The notes under the pieces: model-generated
Databases searched by the model: none
What the model saw: the letters and a program-made list of their open reading frames with translations, nothing else
Told to the model about the DNA's origin: nothing
Translations under genes and position numbers: made by a program
In this document: one piece after another, positions 50,248 to 60,758 of the stretch
Numbering within the stretch: position 1 is the stretch's first letter
Layout: each line of letters starts with the position of its first letter
NCBI GenBank assembly: GCA_963765765.1
Contig: CAVXYC010000002.1
Location: forward strand, 96,001 to 160,000
Origin: an uncultured Chloroflexia bacterium
GTDB taxonomy: Bacteria > Chloroflexota > UBA6077 > JACCZL01
Reading direction: 5' to 3'
Length of the DNA: 64,000 nucleotides

Positions 50248-51600
50248 CTAGACGACGGTAAGCGGCTGACCGGGTCGAGTCGTAATCTCGGACATTGCGA
50301 CCGGCCAGATATCGGTGTCCTTGGTCAGCAGAAAGGAGGCGGGCCTCAGCGCGAACGCCGCGGCGTCCGTAACGCCCGGCGCCGCGGCGCTGCCGTCCCC
50401 ATAGGCCTTCACCGAATCCAGGAGAAAGCGACGCATACCGATGATGCCAACGTCACTGCTGACCAAGTGCTCCTCGGTGCGATCCTGGATAGCCCCCATC
50501 CCCTCCTGCACGGCGGAGTCTTGTGCCCAACCGGCCTTGATGCCGCAGAACGACCGTGTCCTCTGATACTCGTAGTCCAGGAGATAGTCGTTCTCCTTGC
50601 GTATGATGGGCTTCCAGGCCCCATACGCTTGCCCCGTGGCTGGCAAGAATCCGTCGACACGTGGGTGGAACGCCTCGATACCGTCTTTGCCGTGACGATA
50701 GAAGTCCAGCTCCTCCGCGGTTAGCGGGCGGGTGGGGTGATAGTTGTAGTGGAGCACCAGCGTGTGCTCATCGTCGATCGGTACCCAAGCGTGGCCGTTG
50801 GAAGGCGGATTAACCCCCCGCGGCGGGAATTGAGTGTAGAAGGGCATGATGAAGTTGTTGACCCGCCAATAGGAGCCCTCGTCTGTTTGACGGCATGCTG
50901 CTATAAGGACGCCGGCCTCGACGTTGAGGGTTTCGAAGCGTGGCCGACTGTCAACCGCGGACAGCTGCATGCCACGCTGGGCTCCGGGTATCGGGCCGGC
51001 GAACACGCTTGTCCCGCCCTGGCCGGGGCTCTTGAGCGCGGAGTGCAGAAAATTACTGTGACTCGTGTCGATAGCGCCTTCCAGCGATTGGAGCCAATTG
51101 GCCGCGGCGACGCGCTTAGACACGTAAGTGTGGCTGACGGGAACCATGTTCCATTCGAGCTCAGGAAGGGCCGGCGGCGGGCTAGATGGTCCCATGTACG
51201 TCCAAACGATTCCGTTGCGTTCCACGCAAGGGTAGGCGACATGATGGACCTTTCCCTTGAAGTTACTCTCCGCTGGCTCGTTGGGCATGTCTACACATGC
51301 CCCGTGCACGTCAAATTTCCAACCGTGGTACACACATCGAAGGCCGTTCTCTTCATTGCGTCCGAAGAAGAGTGACGCCCCGCGATGCGGGCAATGGTCC
51401 CCCAATAGTCCCAATGCCCCGTCGCTCGTCCGAAACGCGATCAGATCCTCGCCCAGCAGTCGGATTCGGAGAGGCTCGCTGTCGCACTCGGGCAACTCCT
51501 CGGTGAGAAGGAATGGCAGCCAGTATTCGCGCATGAGCGTCCCCAGCGGTGTGCCCCGTCCAACACGCGTCACTAGCTCATTGTCTTCTCTGGTCAGCAT
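50248..51600 (-). CDS. Rieske oxygenase alpha subunit (phthalate 4,5-dioxygenase-like)
   Basis: CPHRGASL...CVYHGW, NWLQSLEGAIDTSHSNFLH, QD.AVQEGMG.I.DRT.EHL. Confidence 0.92.
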   Translation of the reverse strand: MLTREDNELVTRVGRGTPLGTLMREYWLPFLLTEELPECDSEPLRIRLLGEDLIAFRTSDGALGLLGDHCPHRGASLFFGRNEENGLRCVYHGWKFDVHGACVDMPNEPAESNFKGKVHHVAYPCVERNGIVWTYMGPSSPPPALPELEWNMVPVSHTYVSKRVAAANWLQSLEGAIDTSHSNFLHSALKSPGQGGTSVFAGPIPGAQRGMQLSAVDSRPRFETLNVEAGVLIAACRQTDEGSYWRVNNFIMPFYTQFPPRGVNPPSNGHAWVPIDDEHTLVLHYNYHPTRPLTAEELDFYRHGKDGIEAFHPRVDGFLPATGQAYGAWKPIIRKENDYLLDYEYQRTRSFCGIKAGWAQDSAVQEGMGAIQDRTEEHLVSSDVGIIGMRRFLLDSVKAYGDGSAAAPGVTDAAAFALRPASFLLTKDTDIWPVAMSEITTRPGQPLTVV

Positions 51601-51900
51601 CGCCTACTCCCTAAGAAGAGGTACACGGTCTGGCGGCTTCCTCTTCGCGCCACTGATCCTAGCGCCACTACCCTCAAGCGTCAACGACAAATTCTCGTGG
51701 ATGTGCCAAGAACTTGTGCAGACCGGCACCGGTAGGGGGAGCGACCCGTGATAGGACTCGCGACAGTGGTGGGACGCGGAGGACAAGTTGGACGAGGTCC
51801 AGAAGACTCAGGACATCGCCAGGGCACTGCTGAACTAGCCGAGCTCGTTACACGGTCGGAGAGACACCTGGGAGCGGCCGCGCTCCCAGGATGTGCGGCG

Positions 51901-53295
51901 CTACAGTGGCGGTGTTTGCAGATGCCAGTCCGTACGCTGCTGGAACGCGTCGCCCACTCGCAGCACGGCGGGCTCGTCAAACGGCTTGCCCACGATCTGC
52001 AATGACAAAGGCAGGCGGTCGTTGGTGAATCCCATCGGGATGCACAGGGCCGGCAGACCGAGACCGTTCCAGATATTGGTGAACGTTGGCACCTTGTTGT
52101 TCGACTCGAAGGTGAGGCCGTCGAGCGCGGGCGCGCCGTCCGTGCGCGCGAGTGTGACGAGCACGTCGAATGGCCGCATCAGCTCGGCGATCGCTTTCTT
52201 GCCGTAGCGGCGGACACGTTGTGCCTGCACCACGTCGACGGCGCTGTACATCACTCCGCTGCCCAGCCCGGCGCGCGTGTGAATGCCATAATCTCCCCAG
52301 CGCATTTGCAGATCGACCATGTGATAGGCGGCGGCCTCACTGCGATTGCACACGCGGGTGGCGAGCTGAATCTCCCTGTAGTGGGGGATGATCACCTCAA
52401 TGACGGTTGCGCCGGCGGCCTGGAGTACCTCGACGGCTTGCTCAAATGCCTCTCCGGCCTCCGGTAGCACACCGTCCACGCGGGTGTGATTGGCGCGCTC
52501 CACGGCAATCCTCACTCCCTTGAGATCGTCAGTGAATGCCGCCATGTAGTTGGAAATCGGGACGTTCTTGCACGCGGGATCGCTGGGGTCATAGCCTGCG
52601 ATTGCCTGCAGGATCATCGCGCAGTCCCGCACGCTGCGAGCCAGCGGACCAATGTGATCGAGACTGTAGCCCAGCGGCACGCAGCCCGATTTGGGCACCA
52701 GGCCGTATGTTGGCTTGATGCCGCTTATGCCGCAGAAGGAGGCGGCCCACGGATGCTGCCGCCTGTGTCCGTGCCCAGTCCGCCCAGGAAGAGCCCCGCG
52801 GCGATCCCTGCTCCGGTGCCGGAGCTGGAGCCACCCGGCCAGTGGCCCTTCGTTCCAGGGGTTGCGCGGCACGGGAAACGGCTTTTCTGGATCCGGCAGA
52901 CCGGTAGCGAACTCCATGGTGCTGGTCTTGCCCGTGATGACGGCACCAGCCGCTCGCAAGCGCTTCATGACTGGTCCATCACCTTGCTCGCCCCAGGCGG
53001 GATCGAGCACCAGGCTCTGCGCCGTGGTGGGGGCGTTATCCGTGGCGATGATGTCCTTGATGCCGAGCGGGATGCCCTGGAGCGGGCCGCGATCGACCCC
53101 GGCCTTGAAGTCTTTGTCCGCCTGGGCTGCCTCCGTCGGCGCCGTGGCGTCCATGCGATGGAGATAAACGCCCAGCGCGTCATCCAGCCTGTCGGCGCGC
53201 TTGATGGTCAGTTCGGTGTCAGCTCAACGCTAGCTGAGCTCGCCACCGCGCATAGCCGCCGCGGCCTCGGTGATCGTGAGTGGTAGATCGGTCAT
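51901..53295 (-). CDS. Amidase signature (GatA-like) enzyme 2, frameshifted
   Basis: GIPLGIKD, GKT...EFA, PGGSSSG, GTDTGGSIR, SLDHIGP, LPLSLQIVGKPF, read across frames. Confidence 0.88.
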
Positions 53296-54709
53296 GCTGC
53301 CACCGCCTGTGCTATCGGTGGAACGCGCATCTGCCAGTCGACACTCTCGCTGGTAGGCGTCGCCGACCTTGAGCACGGTCGCCTCGTCGAAAGGCTTGCC
53401 CACGATCTGCATCGAGAGCGGCAGACCCGTGGAGCTGAACCCGCACGGGACCGCCAGCGCGGGCAGACCGGTCAGGTTCCACATGCCCATGAAGCTGATT
53501 TGACCAAGCAGCCGCTTCTCGTGATCGAAATCGGCAATCCTATCCGCGGGTTTGGGCGTGGTTGGCGTGATGAGCACGTCTACGTCGCGCATGACCGTGG
53601 CAACCGCTTTCTTGAAGTAGGAGCGGAATCGCTGCGCCTGAACGTAGTCGGGTCCGCTGAAGAGCACGCCCTTAGCGAGATTCGTACGGGTGTATCGACC
53701 GTAGAGCTGCCAGCGATCGCGCAAGTCGTCGTGGTGATACGCCGACGCTTCGGCGGTCATGATGAGATTGTTGGCGAATTTCGCCTGCTCGGCGTGCGGA
53801 ATGGTGACGTCTTTCACTATGGCGCCGGCTGCCGCCAGCGCATCGATGCCCGGCCAGGACCGCCGTCCTTCACCTCCTCATCCAGTCCGTCCGACATCAA
53901 AGAAGTAAGTACGGGGAACTCCGATGCGCACCCCCTTGACGCTTCCGGACAGCGCCGCCGTGTAGTTCGGCACTGGATTTTCTGCCGCATCCGGGTCACG
54001 TGGATCGTGGCCGGCCATCACGGCGAGCAGTGCGGCGCAGTCCCAGGCCGTCCGCGCCATTGGGCCGATGCTATCGAGACTGTAGCCAAGCGGGACGACG
54101 CCGAATTTGGGAACGCGGCCATAGGTGACCTTGAGCCCGGTGTGGCCGTTGAACGAGGCCGGGCCTCGGACGGAGCCGCCGGTGTCACTGCCGAGCGCGC
54201 CCAGCACCATCCCCGCCGCGACGGCGATGCCGCTGCCCGGCGCTCGAACCGGAAGCGGCATGCTCCGGGTTCCACGGATTCCTGGGCATCGGAAAGCCGT
54301 TGTCCGGGTCGGGCGCGCCCAGGGCGAACTCGCTGGTCACGGTCTTGCCCATGATTATCGCGCCAGCGTTGCGCAGCCGCTCAACTACTGGAGCGTCCCA
54401 GTGGGCACCCCAGTTGCGGTCCAGAATGTGGCTATTCGCCGTAGTCGGCGCCTCGCGTGTGGCGATGATGTCTTTGACGCCGATTGGGATTCCCTGGAGC
54501 GTCCCCAGGTCAACGCCCATTGCGAAGTCCGTATCCGCCTTCGCGGCTGCGTTCATCGCCGTCTCGCCGGTGATGGCGATAAACGCCCCGAGCTCGGGAT
54601 TGAGTGCCTCGATCCGCTCGAGCATCGCGGTGGTAAGCTCGGTGGACGAGATCTGACCCGTGCGCAGGGCGGCGGCCGCATCCTTGATGGTCAATGGAAT
54701 GGTTGGCAT
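53292..54709 (-). CDS. Amidase signature (GatA-like) enzyme 1, frameshifted
   Basis: GIPIGVKD, GKTVTSEFA, GSS.G, GSDTGGSVR, NLTGLPA, LPLSMQIVGKPF. ATGA overlap with amidase 2. Confidence 0.88.
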
Positions 54710-54735
54710 TTTGGTGTCCCCTTACGCGGCCGAAG

Positions 54736-54936
54736 TCACTCGTCCCAGGAGGCGTCAAAGATCAGCGCCGGTTCCTCGTAGCGCGTTTCGGGTATGTACA
54801 GACTGTCCGCACCGGCCCTCATCGCCGGATAGATTCGCGTGAACAGCTCGAATTCCTCATCACTCAGCTTGAGCTGCGCGGCGTCGAGCAAGGCCTTGAC
54901 GGTCGTTGCGACGTCGGTAGGTGATTCGTTGGCCAT
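54736..54936 (-). CDS. Small GatC/AtzG-like amidase partner protein (66 aa)
   Basis: MANESPTDVATTVKALLDAAQLKLSDEEFE...EEPALIF. RBS ggag, located directly upstream of the amidases. Confidence 0.7.
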   Translation of the reverse strand: MANESPTDVATTVKALLDAAQLKLSDEEFELFTRIYPAMRAGADSLYIPETRYEEPALIFDASWDE

Positions 54937-55066
54937 TTGGAGTGCTCCCTTGAGATGTGTTGAGTCGGGATCGAAGGTACCTCGGGCTGGGCCTCTTGCC
55001 GCTGGCATCTCATCCTGCTCCTGATGGCGCTCGCGGTCAAGTTGGAACGCCATTCGCTCCACGCGG

Positions 55067-55993
55067 TCATTCGCCGCGGATGCAGCTTGCCACCGCCGCA
55101 ATGTGCTCAGGCCCGGTGGCACAGCAGCCTCCCACGATTTGAGCGCCAAGGTGGAGCCACTCTTCAGCGAATTGCGCGTAGCGCTCAGGATCCACATCAG
55201 CTGACGATGAGGTGACCCGGTAGTACTTCTCAGCGTCTGGGCCGCTGCCGAAGTCAGGATTGGGGGCGTAGCCAATGTTGGCATAGGCGCCGATGGGCCC
55301 GTTCCAGGCCGATCGGAGCGCCGGCAGGCTCGCCGAGATGCTTGATGGATCGCTACACATGAGCAGGATGGCGTCGACGGGGCGGTTGCCGAGCTCCTGG
55401 ATGAGTTCTTCGAACGACTCGCCGGAGCGCATCATCCCGTCCGGCCGGACACTGCGGATGCCGAGGAACATGGGCAGGCCCGTATTCACACAGGCATCGA
55501 TCATCAGCAGCGCCTCCTCGATGTCTGAAATGCTCTCCGCGAGGATGAGATCCACCCCCAGTGACGCCAGCAGGCGCGCCTGAGCCTGGGATTCGTGGAA
55601 TGGTTCGCCACGCCCACCCGGCGGGAGCGCGATTCCCGCGGCCACGTAGGCTTCCGGGTTGATCGCGTCGCGGGTCTGAAGGGCGATCTCCCCGGCTGCG
55701 CTGGCATACCGCTCCCAGGCGTTGGCGTGACCGATCGTCGCGAGCTGTGTGGGACAGGTCCAGAAGTTGTTCGAGGTGATGATGTCCGCGCCCAGACGCA
55801 GATAGTCCTCGTGCACCTGGCGAACAGCATCCGGCGCGTCGATATTTGCCGCGGCCGACCAGACGCCCGGCTCACCGGCCGCTGTTCCCCGAGAGACGTT
55901 CACGCCGCGACGGTCAAGCTCCGAGCCGGTTGCGCCGTCCAGGAGTAAGACCTCCCCAGAAATTAGGCGTTGACGAATGTCACGAGCGGGCAT
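55067..55993 (-). CDS. Homocysteine S-methyltransferase family protein
   Basis: LLDGATGSEL, HEDYL..GADII, LLMC, GAYAN, IVGGCCATGPEHI. Confidence 0.92.
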   Translation of the reverse strand: MPARDIRQRLISGEVLLLDGATGSELDRRGVNVSRGTAAGEPGVWSAAANIDAPDAVRQVHEDYLRLGADIITSNNFWTCPTQLATIGHANAWERYASAAGEIALQTRDAINPEAYVAAGIALPPGGRGEPFHESQAQARLLASLGVDLILAESISDIEEALLMIDACVNTGLPMFLGIRSVRPDGMMRSGESFEELIQELGNRPVDAILLMCSDPSSISASLPALRSAWNGPIGAYANIGYAPNPDFGSGPDAEKYYRVTSSSADVDPERYAQFAEEWLHLGAQIVGGCCATGPEHIAAVASCIRGE

Positions 55994-56051
55994 GATTCGA
56001 TATCTTCCCAGATCGTCTAAGTTGGGGGACCCTGGGAGCGGACCGTGCTAC

Positions 56052-57023
56052 TCATTCCAGGTATCCGTGCTCCCTGAACCACCGCTCTGCGCCCGGATGG
56101 AGCGGCACGTCGCGCGGTGTGGCAGGTGTCTCCTGGCCTAGTTGAGCGATGCTGGTATAGGTGCCCTCTTCCCATGGGATCTCCTCGGCGCGGGCGGCCG
56201 CGGCCGCGCACACCTGGTAGGCCATCTCGTCCGACAGTGAGGCGCTGCCGTACAGCGGCCAGCCGCTGTAATCGATGCCCACGTAGTCGTGCGCCAGGTG
56301 CGGGACGAAGCCCGACGACATGGTCACGAATCGCCAGCCCATGAGCTCGAGCTGACGCTGAATTGGCGCTTCCAGCTCGATCGGCCGCATGCCGCTAGCC
56401 AGCGCGACATCGAACCAGTCGTTGTTGTGGATACCCTCGTCCCAGACGAGATCGATCTCGCCGGCCTGGATGGCTTCCACGCGGCGCATGTCGCCCGGTG
56501 GTCCCACCTCCTGGAAGCTGCCGCCCCAGGCCTTGAACGCGGCCAGATTCAACCCATGCAGGCCCAGTATCTGGTCGATAAGTACCCGCGTGGAATGGGT
56601 GGGGTCTTCGCGCACGGACACCCGCAGCGTCGGGCGCTTGTCCTTCAGCTCGGCCAGCGAGGTGATGCCAGTCCGCTCGTGCACCAGGATCACGAACCGA
56701 TCGAGCGACGGGTACGAGACGACGATGCGCACTGGCAGCGGCTGGGTGAAGAGGCCGGTGCCCCGATACGCCTGCGTGAGCAGACCCGACGGGTTGACAA
56801 AGGCGAGCTCTAGCTCCCCACGAGCAATGGCATGGGCCAGGATAGGTGAGCCCGATGACATCCGCAGCGCCGGCGTGTAGTGCTCACTGGAGCCGCTGCC
56901 CACGGTAACGCAGATATCCCGATTGCCCGTGTAGCGCGTCTCCGGGTTGCCGGCGATGTGCAGCCCGATCTCCCATAGCATCTTGGCGCGTAGAAAATTC
57001 GCTCCTCGCGGAAGTGACTCCAT
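56052..57023 (-). CDS. TAXI-like solute-binding-fold protein lacking a signal peptide
   Basis: GITSLAELK, AIQAGEID, SLSDEMAY, C-terminal VPLHPGAERWFREHG. Confidence 0.7.
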   Translation of the reverse strand: MESLPRGANFLRAKMLWEIGLHIAGNPETRYTGNRDICVTVGSGSSEHYTPALRMSSGSPILAHAIARGELELAFVNPSGLLTQAYRGTGLFTQPLPVRIVVSYPSLDRFVILVHERTGITSLAELKDKRPTLRVSVREDPTHSTRVLIDQILGLHGLNLAAFKAWGGSFQEVGPPGDMRRVEAIQAGEIDLVWDEGIHNNDWFDVALASGMRPIELEAPIQRQLELMGWRFVTMSSGFVPHLAHDYVGIDYSGWPLYGSASLSDEMAYQVCAAAAARAEEIPWEEGTYTSIAQLGQETPATPRDVPLHPGAERWFREHGYLE

Positions 57024-57391
57024 AACTCAGCCTCCCGAGCGTCCACGCGGGGCGCTCCGCTTCCGACTATACCCGGAGTAGCCGCTGGTTATTCCCGCCG
57101 GCCGGCTGCCTCAACGGCGTCGTTCATGCTTCTACTCCCCCATCGTTGTGGACTCTAGCCGGGTGCGACGACCTAACAGCGCGCCTGGCACGTGATCTGC
57201 ACGGCCGTCACGCGAACCGGATCGACACGCGATCGGGGTTGGGTGTTGGCGTTGGCGACATCGCGGCGGCTCGTGCATGGTCACTTCAGGCGCCGCTTCC
57301 ACCTGGAGCATCCGCAAGGTCTGCCAATGTGGCGGCGCGATTACATTCCTCTTCCACTTGCAGAAGCGCAACAGATTCGTGGGAGAAACCG

Positions 57392-57887
57392 ATGACAGAC
57401 CTTCAGGCTATCGCTGATCGCGTCGAGATCGAGGGGCTGCGCGGTGAGTTCACCGACGCAGTGATGATGCGTGACTTCGATCGATTCGCGGCGCTGTTCA
57501 CAGACGATGGTGCCTGGCGAATCCCCTACATCCACGTCGACCTCGTCAGCCGGGCGGAGATCCGCGACGGGATCGAGCGGATGCAGGGCCTCTGGGACTA
57601 CTTCGTGCAAACCCAGCATCCGGGCACGATTGAGCTCGAGGGCGACACTGCGGCCGGGCGGGCGTACGTGCTGGAGCTCGGACGCCAGCGAGATGGGCAA
57701 ATCGGAGCTGAACTACTCCGTGTACCACGACCGCTATCTGCGCACTCCAGTTGGCTGGAAGTTCGCGGAGCGCGTGTATGAGATCAGATACCTCGACACC
57801 ACGCCACTCGCGGGCTCGGCTCCCCGCGCGTCGGGGACACCTGCGAGCTCGTCGACCGGGAACGAGAAACGAGAGCCAAAGCCTTGA
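57392..57887 (+). CDS. SnoaL-like/NTF2 family protein, frameshift at about 57695
   Basis: ADRVEIE.L...FTDA...RD...FAALFTDDG.W, GDTA.GR.Y, YHDRYLRT..GWKF.ER. Confidence 0.85.
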
Positions 57888-58078
57888 CGGTGGTCGTGAC
57901 ATCAGGAAGCGAATCATTGGCCATTGCGAGATGCTCCCTAAGACGGTTGTCAACCTCTGAATTTGGCCTGATAGGACAGTGTGCTGGGCGTTGCTGACCA
58001 GCATCTCATCCTGCTCCCGATGTTGCGCCGTGGTCAAGGGAAGACTGAGGCCGCAAGTGACGGGGGCGAGTTGACGTA

Positions 58079-58910
58079 TCAGCGATGACCAGTCGTGACA
58101 CGGTCCGTTGTGGACGGTGCCTTGAGAGCGCCAGGCTGCGTGTGTGGCTCCCAGCTCGATGCGTCCGCACGCAATGAGCCCGGACTAATGCTGGCTCCTA
58201 GACCTAGCGCCTCCATCACTGCGTCAATGGTGGCTTGATTGCTGGTGACCACGGGCACTCCGAACTGGCTTGCGAGCGCATCACGCGCCTCAACCCCGCG
58301 GAAGTTCGTGCAGGAGACGAAGAGCAAGTCAAAGTCCAACCCCGCTAGCGAAGTCTCGGCGAACTGCACAATATGTTCAGGCGAGACTGCGCCAATGGCG
58401 AGGTTGTCTGTCAATCCCAAGCCCGTAATGCCCGCGACCCGAAGCCCACGTCTTTCCAGACCCAATTGGATGTGAGCGTTCAGCTCATCCACATATGGTG
58501 TAATCACGGCGACGGAGCGCGGATGATGGCGCTCGATGCACGAGCCAACGGCGTCATTGGTGCTCACAACGGCAGCGCTCGGTTACTTGCGAAATCTCCC
58601 CGATGAGCCGCGCTTCTCCCTCAGCGCCCAGCACCGCTCCGGCGCTCGTACACGCAAAGGCGACCACTTGTGGCTGAACGCTCGCGATATCTACGACTGC
58701 CTGAGGTACGTACTCCGTCACCATAATGCGTTCGGCCTCGGCGGTCGTCTCAGCCAGGAACATGCGCGCGGTGTGGAGAGTGACGTGACCAGGCAGATGC
58801 CTGAAGAAATCCATCTCCACGACTGTGTTCGACGACGGCACGATGAGACCAATTCGACCGCTCTTACTTGAGCCTGATGCCGACACAGTCACCCTCCGGG
58901 CGATTCCCAA
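58079..58910 (-). CDS. Maleate cis-trans isomerase / Asp-Glu racemase family, frameshift at about 58580
   Basis: RIGLIVPSSNTVVE, FACTSA, VITPY, FVSCTNF, VVTSNQA. Confidence 0.88.
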
Positions 58911-59180
58911 TTGCGGACTTCAGCATATATGCCCCAACCACACGTGTCACCCTGATGCCATCGTACGATGAGCCGTTTTCAGCAATCTGTCGAGCATGGT
59001 AGCCTCACGGTCGGGTGCGGAAACGGCACGCTATCAGAATCCATTCAACCCGCGCCCCGAGCGATCGTAGATCCTCAGGTTCTCCAACCAGGAGTTGAGA
59101 TCGAGCGCGATAACACACTCCCGCGCAGATGGCCGAATCGACCACCCGACCGTTGGATAGTCGCATGTTCCCCAGGCGAC

Positions 59181-59729
59181 TCAGAGTGGGACGGTGCCAG
59201 CGGCGCCAGGGACCGTCAACACGACCAGAATGCCGAGTGCGGTAGCTAGGGCCAGGCTGACGATCGTGGGCAGCTTTGTGAACACCATCAGTCCCAGTGC
59301 CACGGCCAGCACCAACCAGGTGACGGGAGCATCCAGTGAATCCTTGCTCAAGTTCCAGGAGGTCGCCAACAGGATGCCGACCGCGGTGCTCGCCAGGCCG
59401 CGGGTGAAGCGTGGTACGGCGCTGATGGTGCGGAGGCGTTGATAGGCGCCCATCATCGGCAGCATCAGATAGCTTGGTAGGACGATGGCAAGCATGCTGA
59501 GCGCCGCTCCAAGCCAGCCAAACATCATGTAGCCGATGGACGCGATATACAAATTGGATTGTCCCGGTGTGACGCGGGCCAGTGCGAAGGCGAACAAGAG
59601 CTGATCATTAGTCAGGACCCTGGCGTCCTGCACGAACGATCGCTGCAGCACGGCCGCCATGACGGTTCCATTGCCGAACGAGGATAAGCTGGCCACCATC
59701 AGCGAGCCGAGCATCTCCCACAAGCTCAT
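59181..59729 (-). CDS. Short-chain chromate transporter (CHR) subunit
   Basis: SFGNG, ALARVTPGQ, IGY...GWLGA, VLPS. Confidence 0.82.
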   Translation of the reverse strand: MSLWEMLGSLMVASLSSFGNGTVMAAVLQRSFVQDARVLTNDQLLFAFALARVTPGQSNLYIASIGYMMFGWLGAALSMLAIVLPSYLMLPMMGAYQRLRTISAVPRFTRGLASTAVGILLATSWNLSKDSLDAPVTWLVLAVALGLMVFTKLPTIVSLALATALGILVVLTVPGAAGTVPL

Positions 59730-60335
59730 GCTGTCCGCTCCGACCCTTCGAGCTCCCCGTTTCGCGATGGCTTCTCCGCCTGCTTCTTCACAGTGCCGCG
59801 TTCACGGATGGTCAGCGCGCCCACCAGGCCGCCCGCTACCAGTAGGAAGGGCGCGCTAATACCGAAGACCAGGATGCCAATGGCCGCGGACACGGCCAGA
59901 AGTAGCTCCACCGAGGGGTGGAAGAACTCTTTTGCCAGACTCCAGGTGGACACGATGACGATGGCCAGTGCCGCTGGCATGAGGGTCAAGTTCAGAAGCG
60001 GGAACACCGGCGTCCCCTGGAGCCGCTCGCGGCCGATGGTGAGCAGGACGGTGAGCACGAACGCCGGGCAGGATCATCGCCACAAGTGCCACCACGGTCC
60101 CGAGCATTCCACCGAAGCGGTGGCCGAATGCCACGGCGATGGCCGTCGTGGAGCCGCTAGGAACGATGCGGGCCAGGCCGTACACGCTCATGAACTCGGA
60201 TTTGCTGACTTCTCGACGCTTCTCGACCAGCTCACCCTGGAGCAATGCGGTCATGGCGGTCCCCGCGCCAAACGAGCAGCCCAGCTTGAAGAAGAGCCGG
60301 AACAGCTCCCGGAGGCTCATGCGCGGGGCGGGCAT
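59726..60335 (-). CDS. Short-chain chromate transporter (CHR) subunit, frameshift at about 60065
   Basis: LFRLFFKLG.SFGAG, ELVEKR, GLARIVPSG, AMILP. ATGA-coupled to the partner gene. Confidence 0.82.
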
Positions 60336-60555
60336 TTTAGGGAATGTAGCCAGGTGGATCCACGGTACGATGGGCTCATGACGCTCCATCATTGTACGTT
60401 TGGGCAGCATCCTGCTGATACCCGGATTCCGCACTTGGGCGAACTTCCCCCCGCCTGGCCCCAAGGTCTCTACCGTTCCTCGGCCACGTCAGGCCAAGCC
60501 TGGCTGCTATCCCGGACGCCGGAGCTTCTTCTTAGGTACCACGGAAACGGTGCTT

Positions 60556-60692
60556 CAGCTGGGACCGCCGACATCCTGTCGGCCCGGCCCTTCGAGGGCC
60601 GCGGCATCAACACGTGAGCGACCGCGGTCGCTGAAGGTCATGGGGCGGCCCTGCAAAGGGCCGGGCCGACAGGATGTCGGCGGTCCCAGCTG
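60556..60692. repeat. REPIN-like palindrome family C
   Basis: cagctgggaccgccgacatcctgtcggcccggccct...agggccgggccgacaggatgtcggcggtcccagctg, perfect arms over 35 bp. Confidence 0.85.
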
Positions 60693-60758
60693 TGCCATCG
60701 GATTGCTCACGCAGATTGATTCGGGTGACAACCTGCAGTGGTTTGCTAGGCTAAGCAA

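Noticed and set aside
51901-54936. gatCAB tRNA amidotransferase operon
   Set aside because: No gatB, two amidase paralogs and a catabolic context.
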